Shown here: positions 1 to 9,152 of the stretch, one piece after another | Numbering within the stretch: the first letter of the stretch is position 1 | Layout of the letters: each line of letters opens with the position of its first letter | Source of the DNA: Polyangiales bacterium | GTDB taxonomy: Bacteria > Myxococcota_A > Polyangia > Polyangiales > JAFGIB01 | Direction: 5' to 3' | NCBI GenBank assembly: GCA_036382515.1 | Contig: DASVHQ010000009.1 | Coordinates: forward strand, 28,260 to 92,259 | DNA: 64,000 bases | Translations under genes and position numbers: made by a program | The notes under the pieces: model-generated | Seen by the model: only the letters and a program-made list of their open reading frames with translations | Database searches by the model: none | What the model was told of the DNA's origin: nothing

Positions 1-181
1 GCGCGCTTGCGAGCTCAGCTTCGGCGATGCAGCTCACCACCGCGAGCGCTACGCACGCCTCCACGGCTACTGAAGCCAGATACGCGCACGCCTGCGCATT
101 GACCCTGCGCGCGCACGCGCTGTACAAGCCATGACCCGGCCGCCGCGTACGCGGCCGCCCGCACCAAGGAGCCCGTCTGCG

Positions 182-1168
182 ATGAAAGCGATGCTGTGCA
201 AAGCCTTTGGCCCGCCCGAAAGCTTGGTGCTCGAAGAGCAACCGTCGAAGCCCCTCGGCCCCGGCCAGGTCCGCATCGCCGTCCACGCAGCCGGTGTGAA
301 TTTCCCTGATGTGCTGATGATCCAGGGGAAGTACCAGTTCAAGCCGCCCTTCCCGTTCGCACCGGGCGCCGAGGTCGCGGGCGAAGTCGTGGAGGTCGCC
401 CCCGACGTGACCAGCGTGCAGAAGGGCGAGCGCGTGATGGCGATGATCGGCGCCGGAGGTTTCGCCGACGAGGCCATTGCAGCCGCCGTTAGCTGCATGC
501 AACTACCCAAGAGCATGGACTACGTCGTCGCGGCCGGGTTTTCCATGACCTACGGCACCAGCTATTACGCCTTGGTACAGCGGGCCCAACTCAAGTCAGG
601 CGAGGTACTGCTCGTGCACGGGGCCGCCGGCGGGGTCGGCACCGCCGCCATCGACCTCGGCAAGAAGCTCGGCGCTAAGATCATCGCGACTGGCGGCAGC
701 GATGACAAGCTCGCGCGCATCGCCAAACATTACGGACTCGAGCACACGATCAACTACCAGACCGAGCCCGCATGGAAGGACAGGGTCAAGGCGATCACCG
801 CAGGCCGGGGAGCAGACGTGGTCTACGACGCCGTGGGCGGAGACCTGCTCGAGAGCTCGCTACGCTGCGTCAACTGGAACAGCCGCGTGCTCGTGATCGG
901 CTTCGCCGGCGGCGAGATCCCGAAGATTCCGGCGAACCTGGTGCTGCTCAAGGGCGCATCGCTCATCGGCGTGTTCTGGGGCGCATGGCTGGGACGCGAG
1001 CCGCAGGTCAACCGCGCAAACTTCCAGACCATGTTCGAGTGGTACGAAGCGGGCACGCTCAAGCCCATCGTCTCGCACACCTTCCCGATCGAGCGCGCAG
1101 CAGACGCACTCAACTGCGTGATCCGGCGCGAAGTCGTCGGTAAGTGCGTCATCACGACCGGCCGTTGA
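182..1168 (+). CDS. NADPH:quinone oxidoreductase-like MDR-family dehydrogenase
   Basis: ORF 131..1168. Start moved to ATG 182 (MKAMLCKAFGPPESL, a typical family N-terminus). Motifs GQVRIAVHAAGVNFPD and nucleotide-binding HGAAGGVG. Confidence 0.8.
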   Translation: MKAMLCKAFGPPESLVLEEQPSKPLGPGQVRIAVHAAGVNFPDVLMIQGKYQFKPPFPFAPGAEVAGEVVEVAPDVTSVQKGERVMAMIGAGGFADEAIAAAVSCMQLPKSMDYVVAAGFSMTYGTSYYALVQRAQLKSGEVLLVHGAAGGVGTAAIDLGKKLGAKIIATGGSDDKLARIAKHYGLEHTINYQTEPAWKDRVKAITAGRGADVVYDAVGGDLLESSLRCVNWNSRVLVIGFAGGEIPKIPANLVLLKGASLIGVFWGAWLGREPQVNRANFQTMFEWYEAGTLKPIVSHTFPIERAADALNCVIRREVVGKCVITTGR

Positions 1169-1200
1169 TCGACCGCGAACCACAAATCAGGGAGAACGCC

Positions 1201-2212
1201 GTGAGCTTCGAGATCTCCGCCAAAGCCAGTGACCTGCACGCTCGCCTACTCGAGTTCGCCGTGAACGAGTGTCTGCCGGCGGAGGCAGTGTTCGCTGCCC
1301 AGCTGCAGACCAGCGCCGACCGCTGGCAACCCGTTCCGATCATCGAGGACCTCAAGAAGCGCGCGAAGTCCCTCAGGCTATGGAACCTGTTACTGCCCGA
1401 GAGCGAGCGCGGCGCCGGCCTCACCAACCGGCAGTACGCACCCATCCATGTGCGAGATCATGGGCCACTACTCGCTCGCGGCCGAAGCCACGAACTGTTC
1501 CGCTCCCGACACAGGGAACATGGAGGTGCTGGAGCGCTATGGCACTGCCGAGCACAAGAAGCGGTGGCTCGAGCCTCTGCTAGCCGGTGAGATCCGCTCG
1601 GCGTTCTGCATGACCGAACCCGACGTCGCATCGTCGGACGCGACCAACATCCAGTCGACCATCCTGCGCGACGGCGATCACTACGTGATCAACGGCCGCA
1701 AGTGGTGGTCGTCCGGTGCCGGCGACCCGCGCTGCAGGATCTTCGTGTTCATGGGCAAGACCGACCCGAGTGCCCCACGGCGCTCGCAACAGTCGATGAT
1801 CCTGGTTCGGCGCGACGCGCCGGGAGTCACCATCAAACGCATGCTCAACGTGTTCGGCTACGATCACGCCCCGCACGGCCACGGCGAGATCGAGTTCAAG
1901 AACGTGCGGGTCCCAGCATCCAACCTCTTGCTCGGCGAGGGACGAGGCTTCGAGATCGCACAAGGGCGATTGGGACCCGGTCGCATCCACCATTGCATGC
2001 GCACCATCGGCGTGGCCGAACGCGCGCTGGCTCTGCTCTGCAAGCGTGCGCAGTCCCGCATCGCGTTCGGGCAGAAGCTCTCGGAGATGGGCTCGGTGCG
2101 ACAAGACATCGCCAAGTCGCGCATGGAGATCGACCAAGCGCGCCTGTTGACGATGCACGCGGCGCGACACATGGACCAGGTCGGCAACAAGGAGGCTCGC
2201 ACCGAGATCGCG
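1201..2212 (+). pseudogene. acyl-CoA dehydrogenase (FadE/ACAD10-11-like), frameshifted and 3'-truncated
   Basis: GTG 1201 follows an AGGGAGA RBS. The N-part is in the frame of ORF 1144..1590 (...[23 protein letters not shown]). It continues in the next frame (ORF 1448..2329: [42 protein letters not shown]). Family similarity ends after ...NKEARTEIA (~2212); the C-terminal ~90-100 aa expected for the family are absent. Confidence 0.75.
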
Positions 2213-2259
2213 TTCGCTCTTGCCACGGCCTTTCCACGGCATCGCCAAGGTTTGCGCCC

Positions 2260-2967
2260 TCACGGTGACGTCTGCACGCCTGCGGGCAGCACTTGCTCGC
2301 ACACGCTGTGTTTCGGCAGCGACTTCTGATCGGTGAGAGACCTACGGTCGAGCGTGCCGCCGTCATCGAAGACGGCGCACACCAGCGCGGGGTCTTGGCC
2401 ATCGAACGCGAAGGCGCCTGGCACGCTCAGCTGATTGCCGCAGCGTTCGAGCGGCAGCGGCGCCACGGGGAAGAAGGCGCGACCCCTTTGATAGACGACG
2501 ATCTGGACGCTTCCGAGCTGCGTGGGCGGACAGGTGATTTGTGCTTTGAAGCGGTCGCCCACCGCGAAGTGGGTGGGTGCGAGCAACTCGCCGCGGCTGC
2601 CCATGCGCACGAGCCCAAGGGCGAGGTCGCCGCCGCGGACGTGCATACGCGACGCAGGCGGCTCTAGCCCAGGACCCACAGGCGAAGGCGCGTGCACCAC
2701 CAACACCAGGAGCGCAGCTGCTGCAACTGCGAGCCCAGCGAATGCGAAACCAAAACGTGGGGCTGCGCGGACCTGCGGCGAACGCGGCAGCACCTGCGGC
2801 AGCGGGAGCAGCTCGATGACCTCCGCGGTCTGGGCATAGTAAGCCCTGCACGTGTGACACACGTCGAGGTGGTCATCGACGGCGCGACGGTCAGCGACAG
2901 AGAGCTCGTTCAAGCGGCGGCGCTCGAGCACCAAGTAGGAAAGTGGCTGAGCTATACAACGATTCAT
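2260..2967 (-). CDS. anti-sigma factor (zinc-finger ZAS type) with one TM and a periplasmic DUF4384-like domain
   Basis: [12 protein letters not shown] (HxxxCxxC) near the N-terminus and a hydrophobic segment [18 protein letters not shown]. The start overlaps the upstream sigma gene stop (ATGA at 2964-2967). C-domain contains [10 protein letters not shown]...[14 protein letters not shown]. Confidence 0.7.
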   Translation of the reverse strand: MNRCIAQPLSYLVLERRRLNELSVADRRAVDDHLDVCHTCRAYYAQTAEVIELLPLPQVLPRSPQVRAAPRFGFAFAGLAVAAAALLVLVVHAPSPVGPGLEPPASRMHVRGGDLALGLVRMGSRGELLAPTHFAVGDRFKAQITCPPTQLGSVQIVVYQRGRAFFPVAPLPLERCGNQLSVPGAFAFDGQDPALVCAVFDDGGTLDRRSLTDQKSLPKHSVCEQVLPAGVQTSP

Positions 2968-3437
2968 GGCGCGCCCTCCTCGCTCGCGGCGATCCCCGCA
3001 ACCACGGTCTCGACCGCTGCCAGGTATTTGCCGATCGTTTTGCGGCTCTTGCCCATGACCTCGGCGATCTCCTCCTGCGAGAAGTCATCCACGTAGCGAT
3101 ACACGAGCAGCTCCAGTTGCTCGGCATCGAGCGCGTGCGAGAGCTTGAACAGGAGATCGAGCTCGATCACTCGGTCTTCACAATTCGTGCGCGCCGGCAG
3201 CACGAGCGCCGCGTCGCTGTGCTTGAGCAAACGCGCGTGCGTCGAGCGATCACGCAAGAGATTGAGGCAGCGGTTGGTCACGGCTCGGTACAGGTACGGA
3301 AGCTCGAAGCTCGTTTCGCCACGTTGCAACAGCTCGACGAACAACGCCTGCACCACATCGCGCGCATCGTCGCGATTACGCAGGATTCGTTCTGCTTTGC
3401 GCACCAGCGCGGAGCCATAGCGAAGGTACGCCTCCAT
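2964..3437 (-). CDS. ECF-type RNA polymerase sigma factor
   Basis: 157 aa. Region 2-like DARDVVQALFVELL...YLYRAVTNRCLNLLRD and region 4 HTH FSQEEIAEVMGKSRKTIGKYL. Coupled to the anti-sigma gene. Confidence 0.85.
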   Translation of the reverse strand: MEAYLRYGSALVRKAERILRNRDDARDVVQALFVELLQRGETSFELPYLYRAVTNRCLNLLRDRSTHARLLKHSDAALVLPARTNCEDRVIELDLLFKLSHALDAEQLELLVYRYVDDFSQEEIAEVMGKSRKTIGKYLAAVETVVAGIAASEEGAP

Positions 3438-3440
3438 GGA

Positions 3441-4481
3441 TCAGCTGCAGATGCCGGCCGTCACGATGAAGTTGAAACAGCCGAGGCACAACGAGATGTG
3501 GGCATCGCAGGGCTCGTCGAGGCATTCGCGACCTGCTCCGTCGCACTGGCCGCTCTCGCAATCGTCTGCACTCGTGCACAGCGCGCCCTTGGGTCTAGTG
3601 TGGTCTCCGGGCGCGCACAGCTTTGGCAGCGGCTGTGAAACCGGCACGCCGGTGCTCGCAGCAGCGGCCTCGTCCGCTGGATAGTCACAGCTTGAAGCAG
3701 CGGCACAACCGGACCCGTCACAGCATTCCGAACAGGCACCTGCGCAGCACACGCCGGTCTCACACTCGACGTCGCGTCCGCAGTGCGCGCCGAATGCGAC
3801 GCTTCCGGCTGCCGCGCAAGCGTGCACGTCGTGATATGCGGCCCACTCAGGTGCGCACAGTTCACCAGCGCCGCAGTCCTTGTCCTCGGCGCAGCCCTGA
3901 CACAGCCCGGACGAGCACAGACCAAGCTTGCACTCCTCGGCTTTCTCGCACAGCGCACCGAGCGGCCTGCCAACAGTCACGACGGGCACAGCGGTGCAAC
4001 TCATCCCGTCGACCGCGCGCAGCTTGGCGAGAATCGCCGTGCCGGTTCCCTGCTTGCGCACGATGAAGCGCACGCCTTTGTACCAACTGGGTGGCGTGAT
4101 GAAGAAATGCTTGGGAGCAAAGTCGCTGGGCAGAAGACGTTCGCTCCAGTCGATCGTGCCATCGTCATCGAAGTCCAGCTCGACGAACATCTTGGCGTGG
4201 TCATCGACTTTGGCGATCATCGAGAAGTCGAAGCAGTGGCTGCGCTGGTCAGCGGTCGCGTTCAGCTGCGTCAGGCGCGCACCATTGCTCTCGAACGACA
4301 CCGCGTAGTCGTCGGTGTGCCAGGTGCCGACACGCGCGATCTTGCCTGCTACTTCCCAGCCACAGGGCCGATCGCCACACCAGCGATCGACCAGCGGGTT
4401 ACGAATCAGGTCGGCGTTCTGGCAAGCGCCCAGCAAGAGCGCGCACGCGAACAGGCGGAGAATACGTTGTGCTTGTGTCAT
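3441..4481 (-). CDS. secreted Cys-rich lipoprotein (beta-sandwich-like N-domain plus CxxC-dense C-domain)
   Basis: ORF 3441..4784 trimmed to ATG 4481 (MTQAQRILRLFACALLLGAC, a lipobox). The C-half is dense in Cys repeats (CEKAEECKLGLCSSGLCQGC, CGRDVECETGVCC). The stop lies 3 nt before the sigma start. Confidence 0.7.
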   Translation of the reverse strand: MTQAQRILRLFACALLLGACQNADLIRNPLVDRWCGDRPCGWEVAGKIARVGTWHTDDYAVSFESNGARLTQLNATADQRSHCFDFSMIAKVDDHAKMFVELDFDDDGTIDWSERLLPSDFAPKHFFITPPSWYKGVRFIVRKQGTGTAILAKLRAVDGMSCTAVPVVTVGRPLGALCEKAEECKLGLCSSGLCQGCAEDKDCGAGELCAPEWAAYHDVHACAAAGSVAFGAHCGRDVECETGVCCAGACSECCDGSGCAAASSCDYPADEAAAASTGVPVSQPLPKLCAPGDHTRPKGALCTSADDCESGQCDGAGRECLDEPCDAHISLCLGCFNFIVTAGICS

Positions 4482-4485
4482 GGCA

Positions 4486-6309
4486 TCAATTCCAAGTCCG
4501 AAGCCGAAGACCAACCAGCGTCTCGAAACCGCCGGTGTCGTGCGTCTCACCCAACGCGTTCTGCAGCACGGGCGCGTAGCTGAAGCGCTCTTCCACCATG
4601 AAGCCCAGGTACTCCAAGGGCATGACTTCAAAGCCGATGCCGGCGAAGACGTGGTAGCCCGTGAAGCTTTGATTGACGCGCCTCGTGGTCGTGCTGCGGT
4701 CGTCGAGGCTCGTGTTCTGGTCGGCAAAGGCCGATTCAGCGACGATGGCGTCGAAGGTGGTCCAGGTGAATGAAGGCCCCCCACCCGCGCGAGCGAATAA
4801 GTTCAGCTGACGCAACTCACCGAAACCCCAGTCCGCTTGCGCCCAGAGGCCGAGCGCCGTGCTCGTGTACTTGAAGGTCTGATCTGCGCTGCCATCCGTG
4901 CGTGCGTACCTCGCGCCATCCAAGTTCGCGTACGAGAGCCCGAGCACGAGGAAGGGCTTCACGCGATAGCCGAGGCCGATGTTGTAGCGCACCAGGTCGC
5001 TCGATTTCTCCATGAAGCCGAAGTCACCGAGGCGGTGCGAATAGCTATCGTCGCGCTGGGGACCCGCGGCGATTCCCGCCAGCAACTCGATGACGAAACC
5101 TTCGTCTCCGCCCTTGGAGCGTAGCTTGGGCGGCGGCCCCCACCGCACGATCCGCAGCCGGTAGCGCCCACTGTCGCTGCCGCCGCCCTTAGCTGCAGAT
5201 ACCGCCGCGACACTCTGCGTGCACAGCTCTCCGGTCAGCGTCGTCACGGTGTGGGACACGAGCTTCAGCGTGCAGCGATAGACCTTGCTGGCTTGCCGCA
5301 AGGTCGCCGCGTAATCCCCGGAGGGAAGCGCAAGCTCCAGGGGCTGGCCGCGCACCTTTTCGATCTCGGCCAGGGGCGTCCAACTCGGCAAGCTCTGCAC
5401 CAGCACGCGCGCATTCAGGTTGGCTGGCAAGCGTACGCGCGCATCGGCGTCCCCCGGGTGCGTGAGGTCGAGGTCGCCCTTGCCCTTGAGGCTCGTTTCG
5501 AGCGTGGCGTGCTGCTCGCCTACTTGAGTCGCGGCCGTGGTCGCGAGTGTACGGTTGTAAGCGTATTGGTAGGCTTCCGACAACGTCACTTGCCCATCGC
5601 CGTTCTGATCACCCGCGCCACGCAGCCCCGCGAGCCAATGATGGGTGAAGTAGCCAGCCTTGAGCTCATCGGACTCTTGGCTCAGCTCGCGCCCACTGCT
5701 GGAAGCGATCACCACCATGCCCTCCGTGTCCAAACGCTGCACGGAGTTGAAGGAGAAGTCCGTCGCGGCATCCGCGCCCTTCACTCGCGAGAATGCACCG
5801 CTCTGGCAAGCATCGAGCACGACCACCGAGACCGTGGCCGGCATGGCGGCGAGCTGCGCGCGCAGATCCGCGAGCGGCAGCTGCTCGGAGCCGAGGTTCA
5901 GCGCATCGGCGCGTGCGTGCCCGGAGTAGTAGAAGTAGAAGCGCGTCGGCTCGCCGCGCGAAGCGTGCGCCGCGAGCAACCCCCGGATGCCGTCGATGGC
6001 GGCCTGCAACTGCGCCGCCGTTGGCTGCAGGAGCCGCGTGATCTGAGCGGCCGGAACACCGCCGAGCGTCGTCCAGACTTCAGCCACGCGTTGCGCGTCT
6101 TGCTCGGCGTAACGCAACGAGCCCTGCCCGGGCCCGCCAGTATTGGTGCCCACGACCAGCGCATAGCGACCGAGCGTCTGGTCGACGGCCGCGTCTTGCG
6201 TGGTTGGCGGCGCGCTTGGTGGCTGGTCGGCGCGCACCGACGCAGGCGAGCCCGGCACGCTCACGGCCAAGAGGAGGGAACTCGAGATGATACGAAGCCA
6301 AGGCCTCAT
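4486..6309 (-). CDS. caspase-like (peptidase C14) protein with signal peptide and C-terminal beta-barrel-like domain
   Basis: ORF 4486..6783 trimmed to ATG 6309 (MRPWLRIISSSLLLAVSVPGSPASVRA). His/Cys dyad context FYFYYSGHA and VVVLDACQSGAF. The last ~200 aa have an alternating-hydrophobic strand pattern ending GLRLRTWN. The stop lies 4 nt before the lipoprotein start. Confidence 0.75.
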   Translation of the reverse strand: MRPWLRIISSSLLLAVSVPGSPASVRADQPPSAPPTTQDAAVDQTLGRYALVVGTNTGGPGQGSLRYAEQDAQRVAEVWTTLGGVPAAQITRLLQPTAAQLQAAIDGIRGLLAAHASRGEPTRFYFYYSGHARADALNLGSEQLPLADLRAQLAAMPATVSVVVLDACQSGAFSRVKGADAATDFSFNSVQRLDTEGMVVIASSSGRELSQESDELKAGYFTHHWLAGLRGAGDQNGDGQVTLSEAYQYAYNRTLATTAATQVGEQHATLETSLKGKGDLDLTHPGDADARVRLPANLNARVLVQSLPSWTPLAEIEKVRGQPLELALPSGDYAATLRQASKVYRCTLKLVSHTVTTLTGELCTQSVAAVSAAKGGGSDSGRYRLRIVRWGPPPKLRSKGGDEGFVIELLAGIAAGPQRDDSYSHRLGDFGFMEKSSDLVRYNIGLGYRVKPFLVLGLSYANLDGARYARTDGSADQTFKYTSTALGLWAQADWGFGELRQLNLFARAGGGPSFTWTTFDAIVAESAFADQNTSLDDRSTTTRRVNQSFTGYHVFAGIGFEVMPLEYLGFMVEERFSYAPVLQNALGETHDTGGFETLVGLRLRTWN

Positions 6310-6481
6310 GAAAGTGCTCCATGCAGCAGCGGTCTCTCGGAAGACACGCGAGCCCCGAGAAAATGGGAAGCGGCCGCCCAACAATCCGCTTGGGCGTCGG
6401 CGCAGCCTATCCCAGCTCGACCAGCCCGCGTGGCCCGCTTGACCATCGAGATACGGGTGTGTATGTGAAAGAGATGCGCGA

Positions 6482-6790
6482 TCAAAGCGCTGCACCGAGC
6501 AGTCGAAGCACGGGCTTGCCGGCCGACGGGCCCAAGAGCTGCTGCCCCAGCGCCGAGGCCTCGTAGCAAGCGTGCAGCGCGGCTTGTCCGACGGGCTGTG
6601 CGTCGCGCTTGGAGTCGCCGCCTTCGTGCTCATCGACGTATCGACCGTGCTTGCGCAGCACCCGCTCACCCCTTCGGGTGTCACGAAGCGCGTCGATGCG
6701 CGCAGCGACACGCTCGGCGAGCTCCTGCGCCTCGGCCACCGAGGGCTCGGGCAGCGGCAGAAAGCGCGGTGCGCCGCCGTCACGCAAAGA
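6482..6790 (-). mobile_element. internal fragment of an IS91/ISCR-family (rolling-circle) transposase
   Basis: Lower part of ORF 6482..7303 reads GGAPRFLPLPEPSVAEAQELAERVAARI...RVLRKHGRYVDE...ALHACYEASALGQQLLGPSAGKPVLRL. This parallels the ISCR1/IS91 segment ARFRWVKAPTSPELTQL..RVGRYLERQGLL..ITYRIAVGSQAGRKVFTL. There is no start and no catalytic region. Confidence 0.4.
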
Positions 6791-6815
6791 CGGGCTTTCG
6801 GCTTGGTCGATCGGA

Positions 6816-7862
6816 GAAGAAGCTCTCTCGGGGTTTCGCGCTGCGATTTCCATTCGCGTCATCACGCCGGGTGCGACCGCTGGTGAGATGCTGCATGTGC
6901 TCTCGTCGCTCGAACGCCGGTCATCGCGCTGGGACACGGATGTGGAGAGCGCGCGTGCGGCGTTGAGCGCGGCGGTGTCTTTGCTACTGCGCTTGCTCGG
7001 GCGCGATCCCGATCCTGCGAAGAGTCGCGAGCACGTGCTCTTGTCGGTACTCGCCGAACGGCGCTTGCTTGCCGGGCAATCGGCGGAACTTGGTGCGCTA
7101 CTGCATGACCTTGCGGGGCCGCCGCTCTCGCACATTGGCGCGCTCGAGATCGATGATTTCATGGCCAAGCACCAGCGCAAGGAGCTGGCCGCGGCTCTGA
7201 ACACGCTGCTCGCGTCACCGACGTTTGCGAGTTGGCGGCAAGGGCTCACACTCGACATCGCGGAGTGGATGAAGAACGATGGGCCGACCACGCCGGTCAC
7301 CATCGTGAGTGTCGCGCATCTCGACGACGAAGAGCGTGCGCTCGTGCTCGGCGTGCTCTTGGAGGAGGTGCTGTCTTGGGTGCGCGCCCTACCCGGCTCG
7401 CAACGCTTGCGAGGTCTCGTGGTGTTCGACGAGGTCTACGGCTTCCTTCCGCCGCATCCCAACAACCCTCCCACCAAGCGGCCGCTGGTGGCGTTGATGA
7501 AGCAAGCCCGTGCCTTCGGTGTGGGCGTGGTGGTCGCCACGCAGAACCCGATGGACCTCGACTACCGCGCGCTGAGCAACGCCGGCTTGTGGTGCATGGG
7601 GAGGTTGCAGACCGATGCCGACCGAGCGCGCGTGGTGGAGAGCATCGCGGGCAGCGAAGAGGGCGGTGGAGGCGATGCCGCCTCGGAGCTCACGCAGGTT
7701 CTCAAGCGGCTAGCGCCACGGTGGTTTCTCGTTCGCAACGCGCACCTGCCGGAGCAAACGCTGCTGCTGCAGCCGCGCTGGACGATGTCATTCATGCGCG
7801 GGCCCATGACGCGCTGGGAGATCCAAGAGGCCAGAAGGCTCACGCGACGCCTGGCGAGCTGA
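6816..7862 (+). pseudogene. HerA/DUF87-like AAA ATPase, 5'-truncated (Walker A part missing)
   Basis: ORF 6609..7862. Family-like sequence only from about aa 70 (FRAAISIRVITPGATAG...SREHVLLSVL...VVFDEVYGFLPP Walker B...ARAFGVGVVVATQNPMDLDYRALSNAGLWCMGRLQTD). The P-loop N-domain seen in full-length relatives is absent and the upstream sequence is unrelated. Confidence 0.6.
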
Positions 7863-8061
7863 GCAGGTAGGTCAGGCAGGTACAGGAGATCGATCGCCAC
7901 ACGACGTGGGGCTTGCGTGGCACCCGCCGGAGATGGCCGCGTTCCGTGCAGGCAAGCGCGACTTCGTGATGCTCGCCGAGTTGGTCGAAGTCGCGAATGG
8001 GCAAGGCCGCGTTGATGAGCCTCCCCGAGTTTCTCCACCAGCAGGACGGCGCGCGTGCTGG

Positions 8062-8124
8062 GCGCACCAAAGACAAAACCCCGAGCTGACGCGCGGTCAG
8101 CCCGGGGTTTTGTCTTTGGTGCGC
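8062..8124. terminator. bidirectional intrinsic terminator (long perfect hairpin)
   Basis: GCGCACCAAAGACAAAACCCCG (8062-8083) is the perfect reverse complement of 8103-8124. An inner GCTGAC/GTCAGC stem is also present. The GC core is followed by TTTTGTCTTT on both strands. It lies between convergent genes ending at 7862 and 8136. Confidence 0.75.
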
Positions 8125-8135
8125 GCGAGCGCGGC

Positions 8136-9152
8136 TCACATGGTGCCAGGAAACTTCTTCGTGATGGCCTCGACCTTGTCGAGCAACTCCTTGGAGTAGG
8201 TGCGACCGACCATCTTCAGGCGCAGCTTCTCGCCGACGTCAGCCCATTCCTTCTCGTTGGCGAACGTGAAGGGCGTGAGGCCGTGCGTCTGCAGCTTCAC
8301 GAAGGTCTTCTCGTCGTCCTCGCGGAACTGCTTGATCGTCTTGACCGATTGCTCCGCCATCACGTCGTCGAGCACTTTCTGGTCCGCCTTGCTCAGACCT
8401 TCCCAGGTCTCCTTGCGCAGCAGAAACGCGCCCTGGATGACGTCGACCGGCGTGGCAGAAACGAAATGCGTCTGGCTGGTCCAGCGGAACGCGGTGCCAA
8501 GGACGGATGAAATCCATACGGTATCGATCATGTTCGTGGTGAGCCCACCGTAGACCTCGTTCAGGTCGAGCGGCACGCCCGTGACGCTGATCATCTTGTA
8601 GAACTCCTTGAGCAACGCGCTTTCGGGATAGAGCCACGGTCGGCCCTTGCGCAGATCGTCGAAAGTCCGAACGGGCGTCTTGCTGAAGATGCGAACGCGA
8701 CCGCCATCCCACCACGACATGATCTTGAAGCCGTTCTCCCAGGCTTCCTTGTTGAACGTGGGAGAAAGCGCTTCGCGCACGGCGTCGACCTGCTTGTAGT
8801 TGAAGAAGGTCTGCGGAGCCATGAGGATGGTGCACTGGCGCACGAACTGCGCGACCACGTCGACACCGAGTGGGGCGCCGTCGATCTGGCCGGAGCGCAT
8901 CTTCCGCATCACGGTGTGGTCGTCGCCGGCGCTTCCTCCGAAGTAGGTCTTGAACTGGATGCGCCCACCCGTGGCCTCCTGGAGGCGCTGGTTGTAGCGC
9001 TTCTCTTGGATGGCGACGTCCGGTGTACGCGGAATCATCGTCGCGACCTTGATGACGACTTGTGCGCCATCGCCTTCGGCGTGCAGACGCGCTCCAGCTG
9101 GCACTGCGAGAAGCAGCGCGGCAATCAGAACAATAGAGACAGACGCTCGCAT
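8136..9152 (-). CDS. TRAP-transporter DctP-family periplasmic solute-binding protein (orphan, no DctQM nearby)
   Basis: 338 aa with a signal peptide (MRASVSIVLIAALLLAVPAGA). Overall DctP-like pattern, recalled rather than searched. Confidence 0.6.
   Translation of the reverse strand: MRASVSIVLIAALLLAVPAGARLHAEGDGAQVVIKVATMIPRTPDVAIQEKRYNQRLQEATGGRIQFKTYFGGSAGDDHTVMRKMRSGQIDGAPLGVDVVAQFVRQCTILMAPQTFFNYKQVDAVREALSPTFNKEAWENGFKIMSWWDGGRVRIFSKTPVRTFDDLRKGRPWLYPESALLKEFYKMISVTGVPLDLNEVYGGLTTNMIDTVWISSVLGTAFRWTSQTHFVSATPVDVIQGAFLLRKETWEGLSKADQKVLDDVMAEQSVKTIKQFREDDEKTFVKLQTHGLTPFTFANEKEWADVGEKLRLKMVGRTYSKELLDKVEAITKKFPGTM

Noticed and set aside
67-516. 149-aa minus-strand ORF at the window start
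   Set aside because: It is antisense to the well-supported MDR oxidoreductase gene and has no motifs. I could not assign the first ~130 nt to any gene.
1440-1452. Programmed +1/-1 ribosomal frameshift in the acyl-CoA dehydrogenase
   Set aside because: There is no slippery heptamer or downstream structure. The gene is additionally truncated at its 3' end.
6810-7303. Upper part of minus-strand ORF 6482..7303 as an extension of the transposase fragment
   Set aside because: Only the C-terminal ~100 aa (6482-6790) resemble IS91/ISCR transposases. The remainder is Ser/Arg-rich and antisense to the clearly ATPase-like plus-strand sequence.
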